64,000 bases of DNA from Longimicrobiales bacterium. Its GTDB lineage: Bacteria; Gemmatimonadota; Gemmatimonadetes; Longimicrobiales; Gaopeijiaceae. Location of the stretch: the NCBI GenBank assembly GCA_965198065.1, contig CBDAON010000004.1, positions 1,920,001 through 1,984,000 on the forward strand. Direction: 5' to 3'. Each line of letters opens with the position of its first letter. The stretch's first letter is position 1. The position numbers were made by a program, and so were the translations under genes. Below, one piece after another: positions 47,487 through 57,937 of the stretch. The notes beneath the pieces are model-generated. The model made no database searches. It saw nothing but the letters and a program-made list of their open reading frames with translations, and had not been told where the DNA came from.

Positions 47487-48455
47487 TCACCTGGACCCGG
47501 GAAGCCCGACCCCGGGAGCTCGCCTCTCCCGAAGGACCTCCCGGCGAAACCGGAATAGCTCCGCGGGGCGCCCGCCTGTGCTGGGATCCAGCCGGCCCGT
47601 TCCCTCGACGAGCCCCCCCCGCTCGACGAGCCGTCGGAAGTTTTGCTTGTGAAGCCTAAGACCCACCAGGGCCTCGACGACCCGCTGAAGGTTGAGAAGC
47701 GTAAAGGTCTCGGAGAGGAGCTCGAAGGCCACCGGACGGTAGCGCAGCTTCCCTCGGATCCTTCCCAGTCCGGTGGCGAGGATTCGCCGGTGATCCATAC
47801 CCATCGCGCGGCCGAGCCGGGAAGCCGGTGAGGCAGTCGGAACCGGGCGCGCACGGTCCCGCAGCGCCTCGTCCACCAACTTCACCTCGTAGAGGATCTC
47901 GTACCGGTCGAGCACCCGGTCCGCGTCCCAGCCAGCGCCCTCGAGGCCGAAGGCGATTCCCGCCCGCTCACGCCGCTCCTCTCTCAGGGGCCCTCGCGGA
48001 GCCTCTGCCGTCCAGGCCGAGAGCGCCGGAGCGATGGCTTCCCGGATGACCTCCGGAGGACCCTCTCTCCAGTCCTCCCAAGGGAAGAACGTGTACCAGT
48101 CCCTCCAGCGCGGCTCGGCCGGCCCGGTGGGCCGGTCCTCCCGAACCAGGGCAAGGTAGGCCACCGAGATAACTCGGGGACCGCTCGGGGTGGGTCGCGC
48201 CGCGCGATCGGCATCACCGAACGTGTAGAGCTGCTCCACGTAGCCGAGGTCGAGCCCCGTCCGCTCGCGAACCCAGCTGCGGAGCGTGAGCTCGAGCGTC
48301 CGATCCGCCTCGGGGTCGAGGGGCCCGTATGGGAGCACGTCGCCCTCGGTGTCGGTCCGCTCGGGAGCGGCAATCGTGAGGATGCGCGGGCTCTCCCTGG
48401 TCACCGCCACGATGACGGCGCTGAGCCCCACGACAACGGGTGGTTCCGGTGACAA
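47487..48455 (-). CDS. nrtR: Nudix-related transcriptional regulator of NAD metabolism
   Basis: YVEQLYTFGD, DHRRILAT and LHKQNFRR...GGRPAELFRF; upstream of nadAB. Confidence 0.9.
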   Translation of the reverse strand: MSPEPPVVVGLSAVIVAVTRESPRILTIAAPERTDTEGDVLPYGPLDPEADRTLELTLRSWVRERTGLDLGYVEQLYTFGDADRAARPTPSGPRVISVAYLALVREDRPTGPAEPRWRDWYTFFPWEDWREGPPEVIREAIAPALSAWTAEAPRGPLREERRERAGIAFGLEGAGWDADRVLDRYEILYEVKLVDEALRDRARPVPTASPASRLGRAMGMDHRRILATGLGRIRGKLRYRPVAFELLSETFTLLNLQRVVEALVGLRLHKQNFRRLVERGGLVEGTGRLDPSTGGRPAELFRFRREVLRERRAPGVGLPGSR

Positions 48456-48516
48456 TTTGGTCGTATTTTCTCGGCAGCTACGGAAGTGGCGGCGTCCCTA
48501 TTTACAGGAGCCATTT

Positions 48517-50730
48517 ATGTCCACGAGGCCTGGTGTACGGTTCAACTTATCACGCAGGAGCTGCTCCGCGGGGGTGTCGGCGGCGCTCGTGAGCTTCGGT
48601 TTGGTAGGGGCGGCCCCGTCGGGAGTTGCCGCGGCGGTACAGCAGCCGCAGGCGGCGGACGTGCTGCTTGCTCCCGTCGAGGTCACGGTTCTTCGGACTC
48701 CGTTCTTGAGCGACCAGGCACCCTTTGCTGTTGCGGTGCTAACGCAAGAAGACCTCCGGCGAGGTAGGAGCGGTGTGTTCATCGAAGAGGCGCTCCAGCG
48801 GATGCCCGGCGTTCAGGTGCAAAACCGGTTCAATCCCGCTGTCGGCGAGCGAGTGATGATCCGCGGCTTCGGGGCTCGATCCCAGTTCGGCCTTCGTGGC
48901 TTCCGGGTGGTGGTAGACGGGATTCCGGCTACGCTCCCCGACGGTCAGACAACGCTCGACCACCTCGACATTGGGTCGCTCGGGAGGGTGGAGGTGATGC
49001 GGGGCCCGTCATCGGCGCTCTTCGGTAATGCGGGAGGCGGTGTATTGTCGTTCAGCACGCGGGCGCCTGCCGCCGGCCCGTTCGAGGTCGAAGTCGAAGG
49101 GGTGGGCGGGAGCCATGGTCTCTTTCGGGGCCAGGCCACTGCCTCGGGGACGGTGAACGGAACCGGATATCTCTTCTCCGCCTACAGGCTCCAGGCGGAT
49201 GGGTACCGGGAGGTGCCGGAGACCTCGTTCTTCTTCCGTGACTTTCCGGAGTACGGTGAGTACGAGCGAGTCGGATTCAACGCCAGGGTCACGCGGCCGC
49301 TCGCCGGGGGCGAGCTCTCCCTGACCGCGAACGTGCTGGATCTCCAGGCCGATAACCCCGGGTCCGTTGCGGCGGGCGCGCCGTTCGGCACTCGGGTGAT
49401 CGGCGCCGATCCTCTGGACAACGATCCCTTCCGAGGGGTCTGGAACACCTACCTCGTCTTTGTCACGAGGAAAGAAGTCGACCAGCAGCAGGGAGGGGCC
49501 CGGTGGACGGGTGCGATCGGGGGCTTCGAGGGGGACTTCTCCGTCTACGCGGTCCATCGAGCGGTTTGGAACCCGATCCCCGTCGACCTCATCGATCTTG
49601 ATAGAAACGGGGGAGGGGCTCGAGCCGCCCTGTCTCGCTCCTACTCCACCGGCGCGGGGGAGTTGGAGTGGCGTGCGGGAGTGGACCTCGACCTTCAGAG
49701 CGATGATCGCAAGGAGTGGGGGAACGACGATGGGGCGCCTCCTCCGGGCGAGCCTGCACTCCAGGACCAGGAAGAAAAGGTGCGCGGTCTGGGAGTCTTC
49801 CTTCAGGTGAACCTCGAGCTGCCGGGCGGTGCCGACGCCCTCGGGGGGCTCCGGTACGATAGTCACCGCTTCGAGGCCGTCGACCGGCTCTCCGGGGGCG
49901 TGGACGACTCCGGGTCCCGGACGATGACCGCGTTCAGCCCTTCGATCGGAGTGAACGTTCCGGTTGGCGGCGCGCTGAATCTCTTCGGCTCGTTCAGCAG
50001 CCTGTTCGAGACGCCCACGACGACCGAGCTGGCTAACCAACCGAGTGCGGCGGGTGGCTTCAACCCGAATCTGGATCCGATGGACGGCAAGGCGTACGAG
50101 CTTGGCGTGAGAGGGGATCTGGGGTCGAGCGCTGCCGTCGAGGTGACGATCTACCAGACCGACCTGAATAACGAGATCATCCCCTTCGAGGTGGCGGGCT
50201 CGCCGGGGAAGACGTTCTCCCGGAACGCGGGGACATCGCAGCACCGGGGCTTCGAGGGGACGTTCTCGGTCGCGGACCCGACGGGGCTCTTCCGCGGCGA
50301 CGTCACGTTTACGCACACGAACGCGGAGTTCGAGGACTACGACGTGGACGGCGAGGATCTCGGCGGAAACAAGATCCCCGGGGTTTCGCCGAATCGTCTT
50401 CAGGCGCTGGCGAGGTTGAGCCCCCAGCAGCTGTTCGGTGGAGCGTTCGCGGAGGTCGTCGCAACATACATGGACGAGGTTCCGGTCAACGACGAGAACG
50501 ACGCGGGCACAGCTGCGCCCTCATACACCATTTTCGATCTCCGGGCGGGCCTCGACGGCGTGTCGGTTGGAGGCGCCGTGCTGACACCGTGGGTGGCGGT
50601 GACGAACCTCCTCGACGAGGAGTACATTGGCTCCGTGGCGGTGAACGCCTTTGGGGGCCGGTTCTACGAGCCGGGTCCTCCGAGGTCCTTCCAGGTCGGG
50701 CTCCGGGCAACGCTCGGCGGCGGCGACTGA
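48517..50730 (+). CDS. TonB-dependent receptor (YncD-like)
   Basis: Plug IRGFGARSQFGLRG...DGIPATLPDGQ, VEVMRGPSSALFG; C-terminal NLLDEEY...FYEPGPPRSF. Confidence 0.93.
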   Translation: MSTRPGVRFNLSRRSCSAGVSAALVSFGLVGAAPSGVAAAVQQPQAADVLLAPVEVTVLRTPFLSDQAPFAVAVLTQEDLRRGRSGVFIEEALQRMPGVQVQNRFNPAVGERVMIRGFGARSQFGLRGFRVVVDGIPATLPDGQTTLDHLDIGSLGRVEVMRGPSSALFGNAGGGVLSFSTRAPAAGPFEVEVEGVGGSHGLFRGQATASGTVNGTGYLFSAYRLQADGYREVPETSFFFRDFPEYGEYERVGFNARVTRPLAGGELSLTANVLDLQADNPGSVAAGAPFGTRVIGADPLDNDPFRGVWNTYLVFVTRKEVDQQQGGARWTGAIGGFEGDFSVYAVHRAVWNPIPVDLIDLDRNGGGARAALSRSYSTGAGELEWRAGVDLDLQSDDRKEWGNDDGAPPPGEPALQDQEEKVRGLGVFLQVNLELPGGADALGGLRYDSHRFEAVDRLSGGVDDSGSRTMTAFSPSIGVNVPVGGALNLFGSFSSLFETPTTTELANQPSAAGGFNPNLDPMDGKAYELGVRGDLGSSAAVEVTIYQTDLNNEIIPFEVAGSPGKTFSRNAGTSQHRGFEGTFSVADPTGLFRGDVTFTHTNAEFEDYDVDGEDLGGNKIPGVSPNRLQALARLSPQQLFGGAFAEVVATYMDEVPVNDENDAGTAAPSYTIFDLRAGLDGVSVGGAVLTPWVAVTNLLDEEYIGSVAVNAFGGRFYEPGPPRSFQVGLRATLGGGD

Positions 50731-50787
50731 CGGGCTCGGCCGCCTCTTCCGGTCTCCTCGCGTCAGGTAAGCGGCCGACGCGAGGCG

Positions 50788-51915
50788 TCAGCGGAGGGGG
50801 CGGCGGCCGAGCCCGGTGAGGTTCGTTCCCAACACCAGCGTCGTCTCCACCTGGTGCGTATCCGCGTCGATCACGACGAGAGACGCCGCGGCCCGGGCGA
50901 CCACGCCGGGGTCGTCCATGGCCTGAGCGATCGCGTTGTTGTTCGTGACGAACACGCGCGTACCGTCGGGTGAGAAGGTCAGCGCATGGGGCTGGACGAT
51001 TCCCTCCCCGGTTATGCGGTCCGTCACGCTCCAGCTCCGAGCGCTCACGACCACAACCTCGTTCGATCCCTTCACGGGAACCCATACGGTTTCACCGTCC
51101 GGGGCGAAGAGGGGGTCGAAGGGCTGGGTGCCCACGGCCACGGACACGAGCACCCGCGGGTGGACCGGATCCTCCAGGCTGAACACGACGAGCTCGCCCG
51201 AGACCTCGCCCGAGCCGACCATCGTGCGCCCGTCGGGTGAGACCGCGAGCTGGACCAGCGCGTGCACCGGCCCCGGCACGTCGGTGAGCTCCACCCGCCC
51301 CGACTCGAGATCCACGGTCGCCATGCGGTTCTGCGCGATGCTCGCCGTGTAGGCGTACCGACCGTCGCGCCCGACCGTGATTCCGTGCGGCCGTGGAAGA
51401 AAGACGTCGAGCTCCTCCACCTCCCAGGGGAGCCCGCTCGCAAGGCCGATCCGGGGCGGTGGGCTCACCGCGCTCATCGACCGCGTAGCGAGCAGCAGGC
51501 CGCCACTCCCAGGACTAACCTCGACCATACCTGGGGTCTCCATCGTGACCGTCCCGACCAGCTGGCTTCGATCGTCGAAGCGGAGAACCCGGTTCTCGCC
51601 GACGAGCGAGACGTACCAGTGGGAGCCGTCCGGATCCACGGCGATGTCGTGCGGCCTGGCTCCGGCACCGAAGCCCAGCTCGACGAGGGAGATCGTCTGC
51701 GTCACTTCCAGCTCGACCATGTCCACGATCGCGACACGGGCATCGTCCTGCACACACACGAAGAGGAAGGAGTACGGGATCCGCTCCGCTCCGCGCCCGG
51801 CCGACACCGGGCCGCCCGCGGCGCATCCCTGAGCCGACAGCGCCGCGGCTAGGATGCCCGCCAGGATCGCCGGGTGGCCGCGTCCTGAGGTGCTGCTCTG
51901 GAGCTTCTGGGCCAT
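50788..51915 (-). CDS. YncE-family beta-propeller lipoprotein
   Basis: Lipobox AQGC; repeats PHDIAVDPDG, PHGITVGRDG and PHALTFSPDG. The ORF extension to 53073 is antisense to typA. Confidence 0.85.
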   Translation of the reverse strand: MAQKLQSSTSGRGHPAILAGILAAALSAQGCAAGGPVSAGRGAERIPYSFLFVCVQDDARVAIVDMVELEVTQTISLVELGFGAGARPHDIAVDPDGSHWYVSLVGENRVLRFDDRSQLVGTVTMETPGMVEVSPGSGGLLLATRSMSAVSPPPRIGLASGLPWEVEELDVFLPRPHGITVGRDGRYAYTASIAQNRMATVDLESGRVELTDVPGPVHALVQLAVSPDGRTMVGSGEVSGELVVFSLEDPVHPRVLVSVAVGTQPFDPLFAPDGETVWVPVKGSNEVVVVSARSWSVTDRITGEGIVQPHALTFSPDGTRVFVTNNNAIAQAMDDPGVVARAAASLVVIDADTHQVETTLVLGTNLTGLGRRPLR

Positions 51916-52179
51916 CGACGGGACGGAGCGTGGAGAGAGCGAGCGTGTACCGGAAGTCGGCGCCCCGAATATGCCGCGAGCGGGCTCGAGCGGCCAGGAG
52001 GGCGGCCGACCGCCTGCCGGGCCGGCGGACCCACCGGGGGGTCCGGTCCGCTCGACGAGCTCCGATCCAGGACTAGCCCCGATCCTGCCCCCCCAGCGCC
52101 GTTCCGTTAAGATTCTCCGGCTACCGATCGGGCCCCGTCCGCCCGGTCCCGAGGCGCCGTCGCTCGCTCGCAGGCCACC

Positions 52180-54024
52180 ATGTCCATCCGGAACGTCGCC
52201 ATCATCGCCCACGTCGATCACGGAAAGACGACGCTGGTCGATCACATGCTCCGCCAGGCCGGGGTGTTCCGCGCCAACCAGGACATGCCGGAGCGCGTGA
52301 TGGACTCGAACCCGCTCGAGCGGGAGAGGGGAATCACGATTCTGGCGAAGAACGCCTCCATGCTGTGGAGAGGCGTCAAGATCAACATCGTTGACACCCC
52401 CGGCCACGCCGATTTCGGAGGCGAGGTCGAGCGCATCCTCCGCATGGTGGACGGCGTTCTCCTGCTCGTGGACGCGGTAGAGGGCCCGATGCCCCAGACC
52501 CGGTTCGTCACCAGCAAGGCGCTCGGGCTCGGCCACATGCCGGTCGTGGTCATCAGCAAGGTGGATCGGAGCGCGGCCCGCCCCGCTCAGGTCCACGACG
52601 AGGTGCTCGGGCTCTTCATGGAGCTCGAGGCGTCGGACCGTCAGCTGGACGCGCCGTTCGTCTACGCGTCGGGGCTGCGGGGCTGGGCCAAGGTCCGCCT
52701 GCGCGACGAGGCGAAGGACCTGTCCCCGCTGTTCGAGGCCATCCTCGCCCGGGTGCCCGCTCCTTCCGGGGATCCGGACGGACCGTTTCAGATGCTGGTG
52801 TCCACCATTGACCATTCGGCCTATCTGGGGAGGATCGCGATCGGGCGGATCGAGCGCGGCGTCGTTCGCAAGGGCGACGTGGTCGCCCTCCTCCCCTTCG
52901 GGGAGCCCGGGCCGGTTCCCGAGCTCGAAGCGGTGACCTCCAAGGTCCTGAAGATCTTCTCCTTCCGGGGGATCGAGCGGGTGGCGGTGCCCGAGGCCAC
53001 GGCGGGAGACATCGTCGCGCTGGCCGGGCTGGAAGCAGTTGAGATCGGGAAGACCCTCACCGATCCCGAGCACCGGGAGCGCCTGAGCGGGATCGAGGTG
53101 GAAGAGCCCACCCTAGCAGTGGACTTCTCGGTGAACGACTCTCCTTTCGCCGGGCTCTCCGGGAAGTTCGTGACGAGCCGACAGGTCCGCGAGCGCCTCT
53201 TCCGTGAGCTAGAGAAAAACGTGGCGCTCCGGATCGAGGAGACGAGCCAGACCGATGTGCTTCAAGTGTCCGGCCGGGGCGAGCTCCACCTCACGATCCT
53301 CATGGAGACCATGAGACGGGAACGTTACGAGTTCCAGGTCTCGAGGCCCCGGGTCCTCACCCGCAAGGACGCGCGCGGGAACCTCCTCGAACCGTACGAG
53401 GAAGTGCTGATCGAGATCCCCGACGGGATGGTCGGCGTCGTCATGGAAAAGATGGGGCCCAGGCGGGGAGAGATGCTGGACATGAGGCCGTCGGGAGAGG
53501 GGACCACGCGCCTCCGCTTCCGTACCCCGGCGCGCGGGCTCTTCGGGTACCGCTCCGACTTCCTCACCGACACCCGTGGGATGGGGCAGCTCCATCACCG
53601 CTTCTTCGAGTACGGCCCGTGGGCGGGATCGATCTCGGGGCGCCGCCGGGGAGTCCTCATCGCCGACCGGGAGGGGGAGGTAGTCCCCTACGCCATGTTC
53701 AACCTGCAGGACCGGTCGACCTTGTTCATCCGTCCCGGCGACCCCGTCTACGCCGGAATGATCGTGGGTGAGCACGTTCGCCCGGGGGACCTTGACGTGA
53801 ACGTCTGCCGCGAGAAGAAGCTCACCAACATGCGAGCCGCGGGAGCGGACGAGGCTGTCCGGCTCGAGCCGCCCCGCGAGCTGACCCTCGAGCTGGCGCT
53901 CGAGTTCATCGAGGGCGACGAGCTGATCGAGGTGACGCCGTCGGCTCTCCGGCTCCGGAAGCGGGAGCTCGATCCGAACGCTCGGAGGAAGACCCAGAGG
54001 GCGCTCGCGTCCCAGAGCTCGTGA
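52180..54024 (+). CDS. typA: Translational GTPase TypA/BipA
   Basis: AHVDHGKTT, DTPGHADFGGEVER and KKLTNMRA. Confidence 0.97.
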   Translation: MSIRNVAIIAHVDHGKTTLVDHMLRQAGVFRANQDMPERVMDSNPLERERGITILAKNASMLWRGVKINIVDTPGHADFGGEVERILRMVDGVLLLVDAVEGPMPQTRFVTSKALGLGHMPVVVISKVDRSAARPAQVHDEVLGLFMELEASDRQLDAPFVYASGLRGWAKVRLRDEAKDLSPLFEAILARVPAPSGDPDGPFQMLVSTIDHSAYLGRIAIGRIERGVVRKGDVVALLPFGEPGPVPELEAVTSKVLKIFSFRGIERVAVPEATAGDIVALAGLEAVEIGKTLTDPEHRERLSGIEVEEPTLAVDFSVNDSPFAGLSGKFVTSRQVRERLFRELEKNVALRIEETSQTDVLQVSGRGELHLTILMETMRRERYEFQVSRPRVLTRKDARGNLLEPYEEVLIEIPDGMVGVVMEKMGPRRGEMLDMRPSGEGTTRLRFRTPARGLFGYRSDFLTDTRGMGQLHHRFFEYGPWAGSISGRRRGVLIADREGEVVPYAMFNLQDRSTLFIRPGDPVYAGMIVGEHVRPGDLDVNVCREKKLTNMRAAGADEAVRLEPPRELTLELALEFIEGDELIEVTPSALRLRKRELDPNARRKTQRALASQSS

Positions 54025-54033
54025 TCTTGATCG

Positions 54034-54612
54034 ATGCCGCTCCTCTTCAAGGACCTCATTCCCGAGAACACGCACCCGCTGAACGTCGTCGAGATGGTGG
54101 ACGAGGCCGCCCTGGCGGCCTACGAGCTCGACCGGCCGCCGCTCTTCGAGGGTTACATGAGGATGGCGGAGGAGCTGGCCAAGCGAAGCACGTGCCGGCG
54201 TCTCGCGGTGGGAACCGTCATCACCGACCCTTCGCTTGAGAACGTCGTGGCGATTGGATACAACGGCAACGCGCGGGGCTTTCCGAATCGGTGCGACGCG
54301 CCGACACCGGGGGCGTGCGGGTGCATCCACTCCGAGATGAACGCGCTCGTCAAGGCGCCCGGACATCTCAGGGACAAGGTGATCTTCGTGACGGACTCGC
54401 CGTGCGTCATGTGCGCCAAGCTCATGGTGCAGGCTCAGGTGAGCCACTTGTACTACCGGCGGGCGTACCGCGAACCGGCGGGCCTCGACGTGCTCGCGCA
54501 GGGCGGGATCCTGGCGGTCCCGTACGCTCGATGGCAGAACGACTGGAAAGGGGAAGATGCGGCCGGGGCTCCGCACGCCGGTGCGGGCCGGAGGGGTAGG
54601 GCTAGCCCCTGA
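54034..54612 (+). CDS. dCMP deaminase family protein
   Basis: RSTCRRLAVG, GYNG, HSEMNAL and PCVMC. Confidence 0.9.
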   Translation: MPLLFKDLIPENTHPLNVVEMVDEAALAAYELDRPPLFEGYMRMAEELAKRSTCRRLAVGTVITDPSLENVVAIGYNGNARGFPNRCDAPTPGACGCIHSEMNALVKAPGHLRDKVIFVTDSPCVMCAKLMVQAQVSHLYYRRAYREPAGLDVLAQGGILAVPYARWQNDWKGEDAAGAPHAGAGRRGRASP

Positions 54613-55513
54613 CCGTGTCGATCAGCATCAATCCGAGCAGGAGCGGCTGGTAGGCCAGGGAAGCGAGAAAGACGCGCCGCACGGCCGCACGTTCCATTGC
54701 CCGGCTCGCCGCGATGGACCACCAGAGGAACCCTCCCCCGAGCACCGTCGCCCCGACGAGGTAGATCCCACCAGTGAGCCCGAGGGGCGTGGGAAGTAAA
54801 CTCACGGGCAGCAGGGCCGCTGTGTAGAGGACCATGTGCCCCCCGATTAAGCGACCCTCCGGATCCGCGGGCGGCATCATCAGAAACCCCGCGCGGGCGT
54901 AGTCCTCCCGGAGGAGCCAGGCGAGAGAGAGCACGTGCGGGATCTGCCAGAGGAAGGCGATCCCGAAGAGCACGAGCGAGCCGACGTCGACCCCGCCCGT
55001 GGCGGCGCTCCACCCGATGAGAGCAGGCATCGCCCCCGGGACTGCGCCGGCGAAGGTCGCGGCGTGCGACCGGGGCTTGAGGGGCGTGTAGACCAGGTTG
55101 TACGCCGCCACCGAGAGCAGGGTCAGGAGCGCCGGGAGCTGGCCCACGGTAGCCCAGAGGTGAGCGACGCCCCCCACGACCAGGAGGAGCCCGAAGAGCA
55201 GCGCGTCCCGCGGCCGGAGCCGGCCGGACGGGAGCGGGCGGGCTCGAGTGCGCTGCATAAGAGCATCGGCCTCGCGTTCCAGGTACTGATTGAGCGCCAG
55301 GGCCCCGGCGGTGGCGAGGACCGTGCCCAGGAGGGTATGGGAGACCGGAACGATGCCCGCATTCCCGGCGGAGGCGACGTAGTACGCGACCCCCGCGTTA
55401 ATCATGGCGAAGCCGGCGATCCCCGGCTTCGTCAGCTCGTAGTAGGCGCGGGCCCGGGATGGGGCGCGCTCCCGGACGGACGGCTCCCGACTGATTGAAG
55501 GGGGTAGACTCAC
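54602..55513 (-). CDS. cyoE: Protoheme IX farnesyltransferase (heme o synthase)
   Basis: YELTKP, DALMQRTRARPLPSG, YTPLK and WQIPH; start approximate. Confidence 0.93.
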   Translation of the reverse strand: MSLPPSISREPSVRERAPSRARAYYELTKPGIAGFAMINAGVAYYVASAGNAGIVPVSHTLLGTVLATAGALALNQYLEREADALMQRTRARPLPSGRLRPRDALLFGLLLVVGGVAHLWATVGQLPALLTLLSVAAYNLVYTPLKPRSHAATFAGAVPGAMPALIGWSAATGGVDVGSLVLFGIAFLWQIPHVLSLAWLLREDYARAGFLMMPPADPEGRLIGGHMVLYTAALLPVSLLPTPLGLTGGIYLVGATVLGGGFLWWSIAASRAMERAAVRRVFLASLAYQPLLLGLMLIDTVRG

Positions 55514-55713
55514 CGACTCGAGCGGCTGGCCGGGGGGGGGATGTGGTGGAGTATCGTCTCCGGGGGAGAGGAACTTGCTCCCACCCCGGGGTTGGCGCAA
55601 GCTCGGCCAGGTGGGTCGGGGACCCCCACCTCGTTCCGTGAAGTACAAGGGAGGGCGTGCTCCCGGTTCACCGCCGCTAGCCGCTCCCGCGACCCAAGGG
55701 AGCTCCAGACGCG

Positions 55714-56442
55714 ATGCCCAAGTCTACGAAGCCGCTGGAGACGTCTCAGACCGATGCGCAGCGTCTGGGCGTGAGGGCTCGGCGCTCCAGGGAGCGCCCT
55801 GTCTGGCGAGCCGGCTTTCTCGCGTCGCTCGTCGTCCACGCGCTGGTGTGGGTGTTCTTTCCCGCCGGAGAGGTCCTCTTGGTGGTGGCCGCGGGCGCGA
55901 ACGAGGGAGACTTAGCGGCTTCCCGGGGCATCAGCGAGCTTCTGCAGCTGACGTCCGCGCCTCCCGAGGCGGCCATACCTCTCGTGCCCGACATCGTCGT
56001 CGTGGAATTCGAGCCGGAGGTCTTCACGCCCGTACCGGTGCCCGACATCGATCTGACCCTTCCGGTGATAGAGACCCCGGGGTTTGGGAGCACCTTCGGT
56101 GTGGACGCCCAAGACCTCGGGCTCGCCGGGATCGTCGATGGGTTGGGCCTGGGGGCGGCCGGAACCGCTCCGATCGGAACAACCGGAAGGACCCCCCCGT
56201 CCCCCCGAGGGATGATCATGCCCCCGGCGAACCGGGATCTACGGGGACGCGAGGTCGAAGTGTGGGTGTTCGTGGACGAGGCGGGCCGTGTCGTCCCGGA
56301 CTCGACCCGGCTCGTTCCCCCCACCCCGGACCGCGGGTTCAACGAGCAGCTCCAGCAAGACGCCGCGCAGTGGGTCTTCGAGCCAGCTCGGGAGAACGGG
56401 CAGCCGGTCGCGGCCTGGTTTCCCTACACGATCGGGCTGTAA
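55714..56442 (+). CDS. TonB-like energy transducer
   Basis: TM segment SLVVH, Pro-rich linker and C-terminal VFVDEAGRV...WVFEPARENGQPV. Confidence 0.75.
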   Translation: MPKSTKPLETSQTDAQRLGVRARRSRERPVWRAGFLASLVVHALVWVFFPAGEVLLVVAAGANEGDLAASRGISELLQLTSAPPEAAIPLVPDIVVVEFEPEVFTPVPVPDIDLTLPVIETPGFGSTFGVDAQDLGLAGIVDGLGLGAAGTAPIGTTGRTPPSPRGMIMPPANRDLRGREVEVWVFVDEAGRVVPDSTRLVPPTPDRGFNEQLQQDAAQWVFEPARENGQPVAAWFPYTIGL

Positions 56443-56487
56443 TGAACCGCAGGTGGGTCCGGCCCTCCCGCTGCAGACGCGGCGGGA

Positions 56488-56902
56488 TCAGCCTGGCGCG
56501 GCTGGCTCGGCCGGCTGCTTCGTCGCCGTAAAGGTCCCGCCGGCCAGGCCGCCGATGTCCATCGTTCCACGCATCGAGGTCGCCGACTCGACGGTGCCCC
56601 CGGTAGGTGACGTTCAAGGGGGTGCCGAGGGCATCGATCGAGAAGGTGAAGGCGATCTTATCCCCCTGGACGGTCCCCCGGAGGTCCGCCTCTCCGAGGT
56701 TCGCCGACGAATAGTGGCCGGAGATCGAGTCGCCGACCTGCTCGAGCGTGACGGTCGGTGTTCCCGTGCCCACGTCCGTCGTCACGTCGAAGATCCATCT
56801 CCCGGACACGTTCACCGCTTGCGCTCCGAGCTCCCCTCCCCCCGAGGCGAGTCCGGCAGCCAGCGCCACCGCGACCGCCCATCTTGCGTATGTCTTTCGC
56901 AA
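56488..56902 (-). CDS. Small secreted beta-sheet protein (frameshift in a G-run near 56600)
   Basis: Signal peptide, NVSGRWIF; the C-terminus GTVESATSMRGTMDIGGLAGGTFTATK...* is in the shifted frame. Confidence 0.7.
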
Positions 56903-57066
56903 GCTCCACTCCCGACTCGTGCGGGTCGGGTGGGCGACATGCCCCGTCCCCCGAGCCCTCGGTCTCCTTTTACAGCCGAATGTCCTTTACGGCCAAACAT
57001 AAGGCGGCGCTCGATCTGCGACCACGTTCGCTCGAGTGCGCCTCCGGCACGGCCGGACCCCCTCCT

Positions 57067-57846
57067 TCAGCGACCTGCCAGGCCCCTAGCCAGGGCCTCT
57101 CGCTCCTTGGGAGCGAGGGGCCGTCCGCTCGAGCGCTCCCATGCCGCGAGGGAGTGGAGCAAACGGTAGCGCATCCACCGCTCGGCCCCCGGGCCCCAGC
57201 GGGTGAGCGCGCACCGATCTAGGTCGAGAACGTGGACCCCGGGCGGACTTGCTTCTACGTCCACGAGGATGTTCTTCGTGTTCAGGTCGCCGTGACGAAC
57301 GCCCGCTTTGGCGAGGGATCGAACGAGGCTTCCCGCCGCCTCGAGGGCGCCGGCCCGGAGCTCGGGCGAGGACGGCCCCGGGCCCTCGGCGAAGAGGAGC
57401 TCCCCCAGGTCCCGGGTACCCGGCAGCCGCTCGATCGCGAGGTCTCCGCGATAGAGCAGGCGCCCCCAGTAGACCACGGCGGCCACGACGCTCGGGGTCG
57501 CAATGGCCCGCTCGCGCAGCCACTCGCTCGCCGCCACCTCGACGAAAGGGCGGGGGCGGCGCGAGGCGAGGTAGCGATCTCCCAGGAGGGAGGCGACGGC
57601 GCCGCCCCTAACGTAATGCTTCACGACCCAGGAGCCGGCGCCGGTCGGAACCTCGAACAGCGCGGCGCGCCCGTGGAGCGTGGACCGCCCGCCCGCTGCC
57701 GCTCTGGCCTCCGAGTAGAGGGAGCCCGACCGATCTAGCACGCTCCGGACCCACTTTCGCGCGGGGGGCCTGACCCAGGCCACGGCCGACCCGATCTCGA
57801 TCGACTCGAATCCCTCAGGAGGCCGGGTCACCACCAGCCCAGTCAC
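57067..57846 (-). CDS. Kdo/lipopolysaccharide kinase (KdkA-like)
   Basis: VVKHYVRGG, HGDLNTKNIL and VLDLDR. Confidence 0.85.
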   Translation of the reverse strand: MTGLVVTRPPEGFESIEIGSAVAWVRPPARKWVRSVLDRSGSLYSEARAAAGGRSTLHGRAALFEVPTGAGSWVVKHYVRGGAVASLLGDRYLASRRPRPFVEVAASEWLRERAIATPSVVAAVVYWGRLLYRGDLAIERLPGTRDLGELLFAEGPGPSSPELRAGALEAAGSLVRSLAKAGVRHGDLNTKNILVDVEASPPGVHVLDLDRCALTRWGPGAERWMRYRLLHSLAAWERSSGRPLAPKEREALARGLAGR

Positions 57847-57937
57847 GACCCGACCCCGGCGCGCGTGCGGTCCCGACGTCCCGACCCTCCCGGCGGCGAG
57901 GATTGCCTTGGCCCGGCCGACCCCTCCGAGATACTTT

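Noticed and set aside
51916..53073. N-terminal half of the 761-aa ORF 50788-53073
   Set aside because: It is antisense to typA; the real gene begins near 51915 with a lipoprotein signal.
56966..56997. Short direct repeat (tttacagcc/tttacggcc) as an operator
   Set aside because: It is too short and has no identifiable cognate regulator, so it cannot be supported from the sequence alone.
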